Shown here piece after piece: positions 42,099 to 50,943 of a stretch of DNA of 64,000 bases (the stretch's first letter is position 1; each line of letters starts with the position of its first letter). This DNA is from Aulosira sp. ZfuVER01 (GTDB lineage Bacteria > Cyanobacteriota > Cyanobacteriia > Cyanobacteriales > Nostocaceae): positions 1 through 64,000 of the forward strand of contig JAVRCV020000007.1 in the NCBI GenBank assembly GCA_034530615.2, given 5' to 3'. The notes below the pieces were generated by a model that was given only the letters and a program-made list of their open reading frames with translations, did not search any database and was not told the DNA's origin. The position numbers and the translations under genes were made by a program.

Positions 42099-44441
42099 TT
42101 AAAAAATAAAATCAGCTATATTGACCGCAGTGACTCCTATCAAAGTGATGCTACCACCATTTAAAGAGGTCAGATCTAAAGTTAGATTGCAATTGTTCAG
42201 CGAAGCAAGCTGATCCTTTGCATTAATAACACCATCCCTATTGCTATCCAAAACGCCTTTGGTTAGACCCAGTTGACTGATGTCAATTTTGTCTTGATGT
42301 CGGCAAAAGTCGGTAATTGTGTCGTTACCAAAGTCAGCACTAAAGATGAACCGATCCTTTCCTTCACCACCAGTTAAGCAATCATCACCTCTACCACCTG
42401 TAATTAAATCATCGCCGCAACCGCCACAAATCGTATCATTGCCGTCGAATCCAGATAATGTATCAGCACAATTTCCGCCTTTAATTACATCATCAAACCG
42501 AGTGCCAATAATCGTATCGCTGGCATTGTCACTTCCACGTAAAGTAAAGTCGGGAATTGCCTGAGGAACAATCAAATTTTGAAAAGAAAAATCAAAGTTA
42601 GCTGCTTTTTTCCCAGATGCAAAAGTTACTTCTTTCACATTACTATCAATCGTAATGCTAGAAACTAACCAATTATTTTTATAGCCGCCTAATTCTTGTA
42701 ATCGGGTGTTAATTTTACCATCTTGATTAGAATCTATAATGTTAATGTTGACTCCAGTCGGAACTGTAAAATTAAAAGAATTAAAGGCAGCTTGTAAATC
42801 ACTAAAAGATGAATTTTGAGTTTTGTTATTACTATCAGTTAACGTTACACCTGTATCCGTCACCGAAAGATTCACAAAATTTTTGAGTCCTGGAGAAAAT
42901 TGACCAACTTCAAATGTTAGGTCTTCTGTTTGAATCCCATTATTGAAAGTAAATAAACCGTTAGTATAACGATCGCGGCTATAAACGCCATCTTCAACAA
43001 AAGCCGAAAGCGTGTTGATTACTGCTTGTTCATCTTGAGTATTGGCTAAATTTCCATCAGATCCGAGATTATTCCAAGCTGCTAAATCAGCTAAATATTC
43101 TGGATCGTCACTTTTAACCCACGTCGCTGTAAATCCAGCAATACCTGTATTACCATTAGGTAAGAATTCTGATTGATTAAAGTAGGGATAGCCGAGGCTG
43201 ATAGAGCCAGAATCCGGATCGGGATTAAAGAAAAAAGAGGCGTTTGAATTATTAGGATTATTGAGATTTTCAATCGAATAAACTTTGAATGGCTGTCCGT
43301 TATTTAACGTTCCTTGAAGTTTATAAGTAGAGACATCTAGGCGACTATCAGCTGCAATTGCGCCAGAATTTAGGTTTTCTCCGTTGATAGCAACAACTTC
43401 AGCCTTATTTTGAATATTTAAAAAACCGAAATTTACCCTATCCTGACTTGCATCCTTTTGCACATTATAGTTGAGGAAAAATACTCCGTTAAAAGGAGTT
43501 TCATAATATTCTGGCAGGGCTGAATTTAGATTGCCTGTATTAGGGTCAATTGTTCCTAACCTACCTGTTAAATTAACAGGTGTAATGTAATCGGTACTAA
43601 CTTTAGCATTGACGGTAATAGTTTTCGATGCACCAGGCGCAATTTTGTCAAACAAGACCTCAACTGTTTGCGCGTTGTTATCTGTATCGATGCTCTTACT
43701 ACCATCAAGATTGGCAAAACTGACAAAATCTAAACCAATTGGCAGCTTTTGTCTAAGATCATCAATAATTTTGACGCCTTTTGCATTACTAAAACCATTA
43801 TTGGTGACAGTAATTGTAAAAGTTACTTCATCACCGGGAAGGGCAAAAAACTGATCTGCTTTGCCATCACTGTTATTATCAATCGCTTGTTTAATATTGC
43901 TAAAAGGTTGTTGATTAACTAGGGTAAATTTTGTATCTAAAGCCAGATTCACAACAGGTGCAAGCACACTTGTATAGTCATCTTCATGGGGGTTGTGATT
44001 ATTGACAACTGAATCTGGATCTTTCTGATTGGCGGCAATAATTTCTGCGACATTTTTATAAGCAGAAGCTCTATCTGCTTTCAGAACTGTAGCTGTAATA
44101 GTTAGCGTTGCATCACATCCTGAGGCGATACAACCAACATTCCAAATACCAGTCTTGCTGTCATAATTTCCCACACTAGGTTCAGCACAGACAAAGCTAA
44201 AACCAGAAGGTAGTAAATCTTTGATTTTCACTCCTGTTGCATTGGCTGAACCACTATTCTTCAATGTCAGTGTAAAAGTAGCTTCATCACCTACAAATAG
44301 GGAGGTATCAGATATTGTTTGACTTAGTGATAAATCGGCTAGCAAAGGTTTACACTTGCCTTTATCTCTATCTTTTGATGAGGAATCAAACTTTTTGAAA
44401 CGATGGGATGAATCAGAAAATCTAGAACTTTGATTATTCAT
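42099..44441 (-). CDS. DUF11-domain surface protein with C-terminal RTX (haemolysin-type Ca-binding) repeats
   Basis: ADLSLSQT..GDEATFTLTLKNSG..ATGVKIKDLLPSG (DUF11, second copy later); GGxGxD repeats, DFGNDTITDF, DKIDIS, DFIF terminus; ORF extends to TTG 44468. Confidence 0.85.
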   Translation of the reverse strand: MNNQSSRFSDSSHRFKKFDSSSKDRDKGKCKPLLADLSLSQTISDTSLFVGDEATFTLTLKNSGSANATGVKIKDLLPSGFSFVCAEPSVGNYDSKTGIWNVGCIASGCDATLTITATVLKADRASAYKNVAEIIAANQKDPDSVVNNHNPHEDDYTSVLAPVVNLALDTKFTLVNQQPFSNIKQAIDNNSDGKADQFFALPGDEVTFTITVTNNGFSNAKGVKIIDDLRQKLPIGLDFVSFANLDGSKSIDTDNNAQTVEVLFDKIAPGASKTITVNAKVSTDYITPVNLTGRLGTIDPNTGNLNSALPEYYETPFNGVFFLNYNVQKDASQDRVNFGFLNIQNKAEVVAINGENLNSGAIAADSRLDVSTYKLQGTLNNGQPFKVYSIENLNNPNNSNASFFFNPDPDSGSISLGYPYFNQSEFLPNGNTGIAGFTATWVKSDDPEYLADLAAWNNLGSDGNLANTQDEQAVINTLSAFVEDGVYSRDRYTNGLFTFNNGIQTEDLTFEVGQFSPGLKNFVNLSVTDTGVTLTDSNNKTQNSSFSDLQAAFNSFNFTVPTGVNINIIDSNQDGKINTRLQELGGYKNNWLVSSITIDSNVKEVTFASGKKAANFDFSFQNLIVPQAIPDFTLRGSDNASDTIIGTRFDDVIKGGNCADTLSGFDGNDTICGGCGDDLITGGRGDDCLTGGEGKDRFIFSADFGNDTITDFCRHQDKIDISQLGLTKGVLDSNRDGVINAKDQLASLNNCNLTLDLTSLNGGSITLIGVTAVNIADFIF

Positions 44442-45278
44442 AAGAAAAGTTGAGTTAGTCAGCGTCAATATTTCCCAGCCTAAAGCATGAAAATGTTAAA
44501 ACTTTAAAGGTGATACCCTTCACCCTTGATAAATGAACCTACAGAATCGCGCTTACACAAGCAAAAGCTAGCTACTCTGTGCTTTGTATTACTTAGTTTG
44601 GAAATACCGAATTTTTTGTTATTTCCTGCAAGGTTAAAAGAGTTTGATCGGGAGCAAATTATATTCGCCTATAGTTGGCAAATATCTGCTTACTTGAATG
44701 TTAATAACCTTACTTTTTAAATATGCTCTAAAACTTCTAGTGATACATCAATAGAAATCTTTGACAAGAGAATACATACAAATCCTCAAAATCTTGGACA
44801 TATACATGGCTTTATATGAAGTTTTGCATTCATAATAGGCATCCAAAAGATATTCTTTTTAGTTATTAAAGCACAATGTAATTAAATTATAAAAATCTAA
44901 GTAATATCTTTAAAGAAACTGTCTAGGAAGATGTTCTATAAATAAATTGTTAAGTAGCTAGTCTTTGCAGCACAAGTATGTATACAAAATTATTGTTAGC
45001 TTGAAAATACCTCAGAGGCTTATACTGCAAGGTTAAAGTGTAAAATTAATTTTGCTGAGATACTAAATCTCTTATTTTATTTTGCAGATAGAAAAAATGA
45101 TGTTCTTATTTAAATCTTCATAATTACGAAATCAGTGCTGAGTAATCGACGTTAATATCAACGGAAGCTGACTCAACAATATTGAGATAAGAATAATTAA
45201 CCACCGATACACGCCGATAAATCGAAATGTTTAATAAATATCTATGAGGGTCAAGAGTCAAAATTCCACCAGTTTTTT

Positions 45279-45364
45279 GTGAGCGATCGCTTAGGATGCA
45301 AAAGATTGGGAAGCGTTTTGTCTCCTTGTTAGGTAGGGTATTTATTCACGCAAAGACGTAGAGA
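45279..45364 (+). repeat. ~85-bp direct repeat copy 1 (begins with HIP1)
   Basis: GTGAGCGATCGCTT...AAAGATTGGGAAGCGTTTTGTCTCC...TCACGCA; second copy at 46028-46110. Confidence 0.85.
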
Positions 45365-45455
45365 ATTGCCTCAACTTTTGGGCAAGCAACTCATATTTTG
45401 CTCCGATTGGTTGCCTTACAATAGACTCTAAACACTTGAAGTTGCAAAGCAGGCG

Positions 45456-45733
45456 ATGAATAGTACCGACAATTCCCCAATCGATTATAGGTCGTCAGAA
45501 GATGTGGTATCTGTGATAGAACTACAGCGCCAGCTTAATGAGTTACTCAAGCAATTATCGCCGGAGCGATTACAGGTGCTTACTGATTTTGCGGCTTACT
45601 TAGCAAATGCTGAAAGCGAAGCTGCAACCCAAGAAATTTAGCAATTCCTGGCTTACTAGAGCGAATTAAGCAAAATCAAGCAACCTCTAAAACCGATTAC
45701 ACAAACTGGAGAAATCTTCGCTCTGATGTATGA
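45456..45733 (+). pseudogene. Frameshifted antitoxin-like gene
   Basis: ORF stops at TAG 45639-41; restoring one base at GAAATTTAGCA gives ...ATQEILAIPGLLERIKQNQATSKTDYTNWRNLRSDV* ending 45733, overlapping the toxin ATG. Confidence 0.75.
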
Positions 45734-45989
45734 AGTTCTTCTGCATCCTGATGCCTAAAAGGTTTATATTAATGCTGACAAAGCCCTAGCGAAGAAAATT
45801 GCCCGATGTTTGCAGCAGCTAGAGCAAACTCCCCAGTCGCACCCCAACATCAAAGCTCTCAAGGGAGATTATGCAGGGTACTATCGTTACCGAATCGGGG
45901 ACTACAGGGTAATCTATTCGATAAACGATGAACTGATGCAAGTATTTGTTGTGGCGATCGCTCATCGCAGTGAAGCGTATCAGCCGTGA
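45726..45989 (+). pseudogene. RelE/ParE-family toxin with premature stop
   Basis: MYEVLLHPDA*KVYINADKALAKKIARCLQQLEQTP..NIKALKGDYAGYYRYRIGDYRVIYSI...VVAIAHRSEAYQP; TAA at 45756-58. Confidence 0.85.
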
Positions 45990-46027
45990 AGATGAGTTTG
46001 TAAGAGCTATGCTAACAACTCTAAGAA

Positions 46028-46110
46028 GTGAGCGATCGCTTGAGGCGTGAAAGATTGGGAAGCGTTTTGTCTCCGTTTTAGGGAGAGTAACTCACGCAGA
46101 GACGCAGAGA
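46028..46110 (+). repeat. ~85-bp direct repeat copy 2
   Basis: Aligns to 45279-45364. Confidence 0.85.
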
Positions 46111-46123
46111 CGCAGAGAGAAGA

Positions 46124-46348
46124 TTAGGAGAAGGCTAACCGTTGTTTAACCTCTTCCCAACTATAACCATTTGCGGGGTTTTTCTGGTAATTTTCTAAAC
46201 GTCGATCTAGTTCCTTTTGTTGCGCTTGACTTAAGGGAAGTTGCTCTTGCTGTTCTAAAATGCTGTTCCATAAATCTTCAGCAAGTTGGATACGTTCTGC
46301 AACGCTGAGTTCATAAATGTCAACTTTCAAGAGGGGATGGGAACTCAT
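46124..46348 (-). CDS. Putative addiction module component (TIGR02574-type antitoxin), orphan
   Basis: LSVAERIQLAEDLWNSI...QQKELDRRL...SWEEVKQRL. Confidence 0.85.
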   Translation of the reverse strand: MSSHPLLKVDIYELSVAERIQLAEDLWNSILEQQEQLPLSQAQQKELDRRLENYQKNPANGYSWEEVKQRLAFS

Positions 46349-46467
46349 GATGACAGAGTTAGAGTTTAGCTTTTACTCAATATTACAGCATTGCCGCTTG
46401 AGGTCGTGGGAAGGTGGTTGGCGCTCGCATAACCCTTTAGACAAGCAAATAATCTTTGTCGGTGATA

Positions 46468-46635
46468 GGTTGTCTTACAATATACACTAAACCTTGAATT
46501 TGCTCTCTTAGGCGATGAATACTACAGATAATTTTCCACTGGAGGATAAACAGTCTGTGGTTTTGGTATCTGTGACAGAATTACAGCGACAGCTTAATGA
46601 CTTACTTCAGTAAGTATCGCTAGAGCGATTAATGG
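46468..46635 (+). pseudogene. Second, truncated copy of the antitoxin upstream region and 5' end
   Basis: ATG 46515 MNTTDNFPLEDKQSVVLVSVTELQRQLNDLLQ*VSLERL vs MNSTDNSPIDYRSSEDVVSVIELQRQLNELLKQLSPERL; upstream GGTTGYCTTACAATA...CTTGAA...AGGCG also duplicated. Confidence 0.8.
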
Positions 46636-46659
46636 TAGCCAAACTTATGGGAAAAGTGT

Positions 46660-48051
46660 ATGTCCAGTGAAAAGAAAAAGCCGGATAGCGAATTTGATAT
46701 TTTCATTGCTAACTCTGTTTATCCAGATGTCGCCCCCATATTTACATATAGTCCAAAGTCACTTGATACGATCAAAGACGACTGTTTTATAGTAATTGAT
46801 ACAAATGCATTGCTTGTCCCTTACAGTATTGGTAAGGAAAGCCTTGAACAAATTCAAATAACTTATGAAAAGCTTGTAGGTGAAAAAAGATTATTGATCC
46901 CAGCCCAAGTTGTAAGAGAGTTTGCCCGAAACAGAGCTAATAAGCTTACTGAACTATTTCAACAATTGAATCGCAAAAGAAATAACTCTCAAGGTTTACA
47001 AAAAGGTAAATATCCTTTACTGGAGTCCCTTCCAGAGTATCAAGAATCAGTACGACTTGAAGGTGAAATAGATAAATTATTGCATCAATATAGGGAATCA
47101 CTTGGCAAGGTGTTAGATCATGTCCGCAATTGGGCTTGGAATGATCCCGTTAGTATTTTATATAGTAAGCTTTTCACTCAAGATGTTGTTTTTGATTACA
47201 ATTTAGAAAAACCCTTTATACAAGATGATTTGAATCGGCGGCAGCTTCATAACTTGCCTCCGGGTTATAAGGATGCTGGAAAACAGGATGAAGGGATAGG
47301 AGATCTTCTCATATGGCATACCATACTTGAAATAGGTAGGACTCATAAAAAAAGTGTAATTTTTGTGTCAGGTGATGAAAAAGCAGACTGGTGGCATAGA
47401 AGTGAAAGCCAAGCTCTCTATCCACGATATGAATTAGTGGATGAGTTTCGTAGAAATTCTGAGGGGCAATCGTTCCATATTATTGCCTTCTCTCGACTTC
47501 TAAATCTTTATGGAGCTAGTGATAAAGTAGTTCAAGAAGTTCGCAAAGAAGAAGTTTTTACACGAGGGGATGAAATTAGATCTGCACAAGCTATCAGAAG
47601 TTCTTTTGACGAACTAATAAGAAAAGAGGTAGTAGCAGTATTAGCCATTCAAAGTTGGTTGAAAACTACTTATGCTATTAATGAGATATATGTAGGGACT
47701 GATCAACTTAGGTTTCTATTAAAAGATAGCCGTGTACCTGCCGATATAGCTTTTGTTGATGATTCACAAAATATTACAGCAGTGGAAGTAATGTTTATGG
47801 ATATTGACAGGGTTCAATCACCAACGCTGCGTATGAGATTAAGAGATAGAAGTCTTTCAGGCTATTACGCAGTCAGTGAAGGCAAGATAAGTACCTATAT
47901 GATTGTAGTTGTAGGAGATAGTGAAGAAACTGTTATTGAAGCAGCAACTAAGTTGGACAGGTCTAGTTCAAGGATTGCAAAAGTATCCTATATATTAGGA
48001 TATCTTGATCAAGATGGTGAGTTTCAAAAGGTATTTAGTGAAACAGACTAA
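46660..48051 (+). CDS. PIN-like domain protein (PIN_8-type) with extra C-terminal domain
   Basis: IVIDTNALL, IPAQVVREF, LPPGYKD, GDLLIWHTI, IFVSGDEKADWW, ELVDEF. Confidence 0.8.
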   Translation: MSSEKKKPDSEFDIFIANSVYPDVAPIFTYSPKSLDTIKDDCFIVIDTNALLVPYSIGKESLEQIQITYEKLVGEKRLLIPAQVVREFARNRANKLTELFQQLNRKRNNSQGLQKGKYPLLESLPEYQESVRLEGEIDKLLHQYRESLGKVLDHVRNWAWNDPVSILYSKLFTQDVVFDYNLEKPFIQDDLNRRQLHNLPPGYKDAGKQDEGIGDLLIWHTILEIGRTHKKSVIFVSGDEKADWWHRSESQALYPRYELVDEFRRNSEGQSFHIIAFSRLLNLYGASDKVVQEVRKEEVFTRGDEIRSAQAIRSSFDELIRKEVVAVLAIQSWLKTTYAINEIYVGTDQLRFLLKDSRVPADIAFVDDSQNITAVEVMFMDIDRVQSPTLRMRLRDRSLSGYYAVSEGKISTYMIVVVGDSEETVIEAATKLDRSSSRIAKVSYILGYLDQDGEFQKVFSETD

Positions 48052-48080
48052 CTTAAAATATGCTGTAAATAATTTTTTCT

Positions 48081-48500
48081 ATGAACCAATTCAATTATAT
48101 TTTTAAACAAAATTTGAGGAATAAAATCAATAATCAAATTCTGGAGCATCCTTTTACAGATTATTGGGATATTTTTGTTCTTAAACATCAACATCCAATT
48201 AATATTTCTCTCCATATTGTAGGAATATTCTTTTTTTACGGATTGCTCTTTTCTGCTTGTAAGGTACAAAATTTCTGGTTACTCTTGGGCTTGCCATTAA
48301 CTCAGTTAATTGGATTAACTGGACATTTTTTATTTGAGCGTAGCTATATAGATTTACAAGATGCTGTGTTTTCTTGGCGGGCTTCTTACTGTTTAGGTCG
48401 AATGTTACTGAGGGTTGTAATGGGGAAATATCAAGATGACATTCGCCAACGCCAAGAGATATTAAATAATTATCAATCAAGTAAGTATGCAAATATTTAA
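48081..48500 (+). CDS. Mpo1-like (DUF962) membrane protein
   Basis: KHQHPINISLHIVG and GHFLFE His motifs around TM helices. Confidence 0.7.
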   Translation: MNQFNYIFKQNLRNKINNQILEHPFTDYWDIFVLKHQHPINISLHIVGIFFFYGLLFSACKVQNFWLLLGLPLTQLIGLTGHFLFERSYIDLQDAVFSWRASYCLGRMLLRVVMGKYQDDIRQRQEILNNYQSSKYANI

Positions 48501-49515
48501 TAATTGGAATGTAGTTGCTAAGGGTTGGTATATTGCCTGTTCTAGTAACGACTTACCTAAAAGCAAAGCAAAATCTATAGAAATTTGCGGTCAAAGAATT
48601 GTCATCTTTCGGGGTGAAGATGGACTAGTACGTGCTTTAGATGCTTACTGTCCTCATTTGGGAACAGATTTAGGAATTGGACAGGTTGATGGTAATTGGA
48701 TTCGTTGTGCATTTCATCAATGGGCGTTTGATGAAACAGGATTATGCCAAAATATTCCCTGTCAATCAGAAATTCCGGCTAAAGCGAAAGTACAAGCTTA
48801 TGCAACAGCAGAAAAGTATGGGTTTATCTGGATTTATCCTGATGCGGTAGCGCCTGAAGGGGTGGCTGATTTTGATGAATTAAAGGGTAAAGAAATTATT
48901 GCACAACCTGATACGGCATTTGAAAGAAGTTGTCATCACCATATTTGTATGATGAATGGTATTGATGCCCAACATTTAAAAACAATTCATCGTTTAGATA
49001 TCAAAATGGATTTGTCGCTACATCGCAGCGAATTAGGTACACAAATTGACTTTACAATGCGGGGGCAATTTCCTCAAACAACTTGGCGAGAAAGGTTAGG
49101 GCAAAGATTTTTGGGTTCTACCTATGAGTATTCTATGCGCTATGCTCATGGTTGCATTGGCTTATTAACAATGATGAAAAAAGTGCGGCTTTTCCCACCG
49201 TTGCACATGATTTATGCTTACACTCCAATTGCGCCAGGAAGAACGCGCATTCAACCAATTTATGTATCAGAAAAACGTAAAGGAATTGGAGGATATTTGC
49301 TGAGTAAGTTTTTGCTAATCTGTACTCGGTTGGCTTACTATATGCTCAGAGATGAAGATGGCAAGATTTACGATAATATTCGCTTTAATACAAACTTACT
49401 CCTGAGTATTGATACGCCATTAGCTAAATATATGGAGTATGTAAATCAGTTAGAACCTTCTCGGTGGTCACAAAAGATAGTAAATGCTTTTACATCTGAG
49501 CATAGTGAAGCATAA
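48487..49515 (+). CDS. Rieske non-heme iron oxygenase
   Basis: YCPHLG...RCAFHQW (2Fe-2S); NGIDAQHLKTIH mononuclear Fe motif; EDGKIY. Confidence 0.92.
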   Translation: MQIFNNWNVVAKGWYIACSSNDLPKSKAKSIEICGQRIVIFRGEDGLVRALDAYCPHLGTDLGIGQVDGNWIRCAFHQWAFDETGLCQNIPCQSEIPAKAKVQAYATAEKYGFIWIYPDAVAPEGVADFDELKGKEIIAQPDTAFERSCHHHICMMNGIDAQHLKTIHRLDIKMDLSLHRSELGTQIDFTMRGQFPQTTWRERLGQRFLGSTYEYSMRYAHGCIGLLTMMKKVRLFPPLHMIYAYTPIAPGRTRIQPIYVSEKRKGIGGYLLSKFLLICTRLAYYMLRDEDGKIYDNIRFNTNLLLSIDTPLAKYMEYVNQLEPSRWSQKIVNAFTSEHSEA

Positions 49516-49564
49516 CCCAACATTTAGAATTAGTGTTTATTGGGTTTACTAACGTAAATATACC

Positions 49565-49894
49565 CTAGAAGCGATCGCACTCTATTTCAATCTCTTGAAA
49601 GTCATAATAAATTGAGTCTTCTCTCGCAAAATTATCTTCATCTAAGTAAAGCAAATAATGTTGTTGATATTCGCTAAGAAATCTGTGTACTGCTGGCAAA
49701 ATCTGCTTGATTAGCCAAGGAGAACTTTCATCTGATGGTGGCTGCCAGTACTTTTCTGCATGAAAAACCTGCTCTGCTGAAATTCTTTCACCTTTATCAA
49801 TAATGCCAGGATTTTCCAGTAGCCAATAAGCCCATCGATATCCTGCATCAATATATTTTTTGCAGTCTAAACAAGCAAAATAGCAACAATTCAT
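49565..49894 (-). CDS. Hypothetical protein with CxxC motif
   Basis: 109 aa, FACLDCKKY; flanked by REP-like palindromes. Confidence 0.6.
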   Translation of the reverse strand: MNCCYFACLDCKKYIDAGYRWAYWLLENPGIIDKGERISAEQVFHAEKYWQPPSDESSPWLIKQILPAVHRFLSEYQQHYLLYLDEDNFAREDSIYYDFQEIEIECDRF

Positions 49895-50177
49895 AAAGTT
49901 AATAAAATTAAACTTTAGGGTGTATTATCACTTTAGTGCAATGCACCATCAAAAATTCAAGGTGCGTTAGCCTTTGGCATAACACACCCTACTTTTAATG
50001 TCTAAATTCTTCTTCAATAACTACGGTTTGTCGAGTATCATTAAAGTACTAATAAGTAATAAGTATTGTAAATAACCATTCTGAGATCTGTCACATTACT
50101 CCGTAACAACACTAATTTGCTAGATAAAGTGTTAATACAAAACATCTATTAATCAGATTTTAGGTAAATTCCACATA

Positions 50178-50918
50178 ATGAAGAGTTGGCTGGTTCCTGT
50201 TCAAAAGCTGCAACCAAGCGATCGCATGGCCATGTATGCATTGCTAAATAATCACTTTAAAGGTGTAACCTGGGATGTATTCCAGGCGGATCTAAAGCGC
50301 AAAAACTGGGTGTTGTTGTTGAGAGAAGAAATAACTAATACGCTCAAAGGCTTTTCTACCCTGATGTTGTGTCAGACGAATTTTGCTGGAGAGAAGATTA
50401 CTGTAGTTTATTCTGGCGATACGATTGTCGATCCCAGTGCTTGGTCAAGTACAACACTACCGCGAACTTGGATAGCCGCAGTCAATTTTCTGCGCGAGTA
50501 TTATGCGAACGATAAAATGTACTGGCTGCTAATTTGCTCTGGTTTTCGTACCTATCGCTTTCTCCCTACATTTTGGCAAGAGTTTTACCCCCGCCATGAT
50601 GTAGCAACACCTGCGAATGTTGCGAATTTGATGGCAAATCTGGCACAGGAATACTATGGTGATGCTTACCAAGAAGCAACTGGTATCGTCCGCTTTCAAC
50701 ATCCGCAAATTCTGCGGGAAGGTTTAATAGAAATCCCCACAGGAAAACAAACTAATCCCCATATCCAATTTTTCGAGGAAAAAAACCCAGGCTATCAACT
50801 TGGTGATGAATTGGTTTGTTTAACTGAAATTCGGTATGAGAATCTCACCCGCGCTGGACAAAGAATGTGGCAGTCAGAATCGTTGTTAGAATTTGTGCAA
50901 GATTCTGTACCGATCTAA
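50178..50918 (+). CDS. Uncharacterised GNAT-like/acyltransferase-like protein
   Basis: FQADL.RKNWVLLL...LKGFST...VVYSGDTIVDP.AW...YWLLICSGFRTYRFLP; fold call is inference. Confidence 0.55.
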   Translation: MKSWLVPVQKLQPSDRMAMYALLNNHFKGVTWDVFQADLKRKNWVLLLREEITNTLKGFSTLMLCQTNFAGEKITVVYSGDTIVDPSAWSSTTLPRTWIAAVNFLREYYANDKMYWLLICSGFRTYRFLPTFWQEFYPRHDVATPANVANLMANLAQEYYGDAYQEATGIVRFQHPQILREGLIEIPTGKQTNPHIQFFEEKNPGYQLGDELVCLTEIRYENLTRAGQRMWQSESLLEFVQDSVPI

Positions 50919-50943
50919 AACCTATACGTCCATCAACTTGTGT

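Noticed and set aside
45279..46110. Direct repeats as integron attC sites or prophage att sites
   Set aside because: No integrase, no attC-type inverted core structure and no phage genes seen
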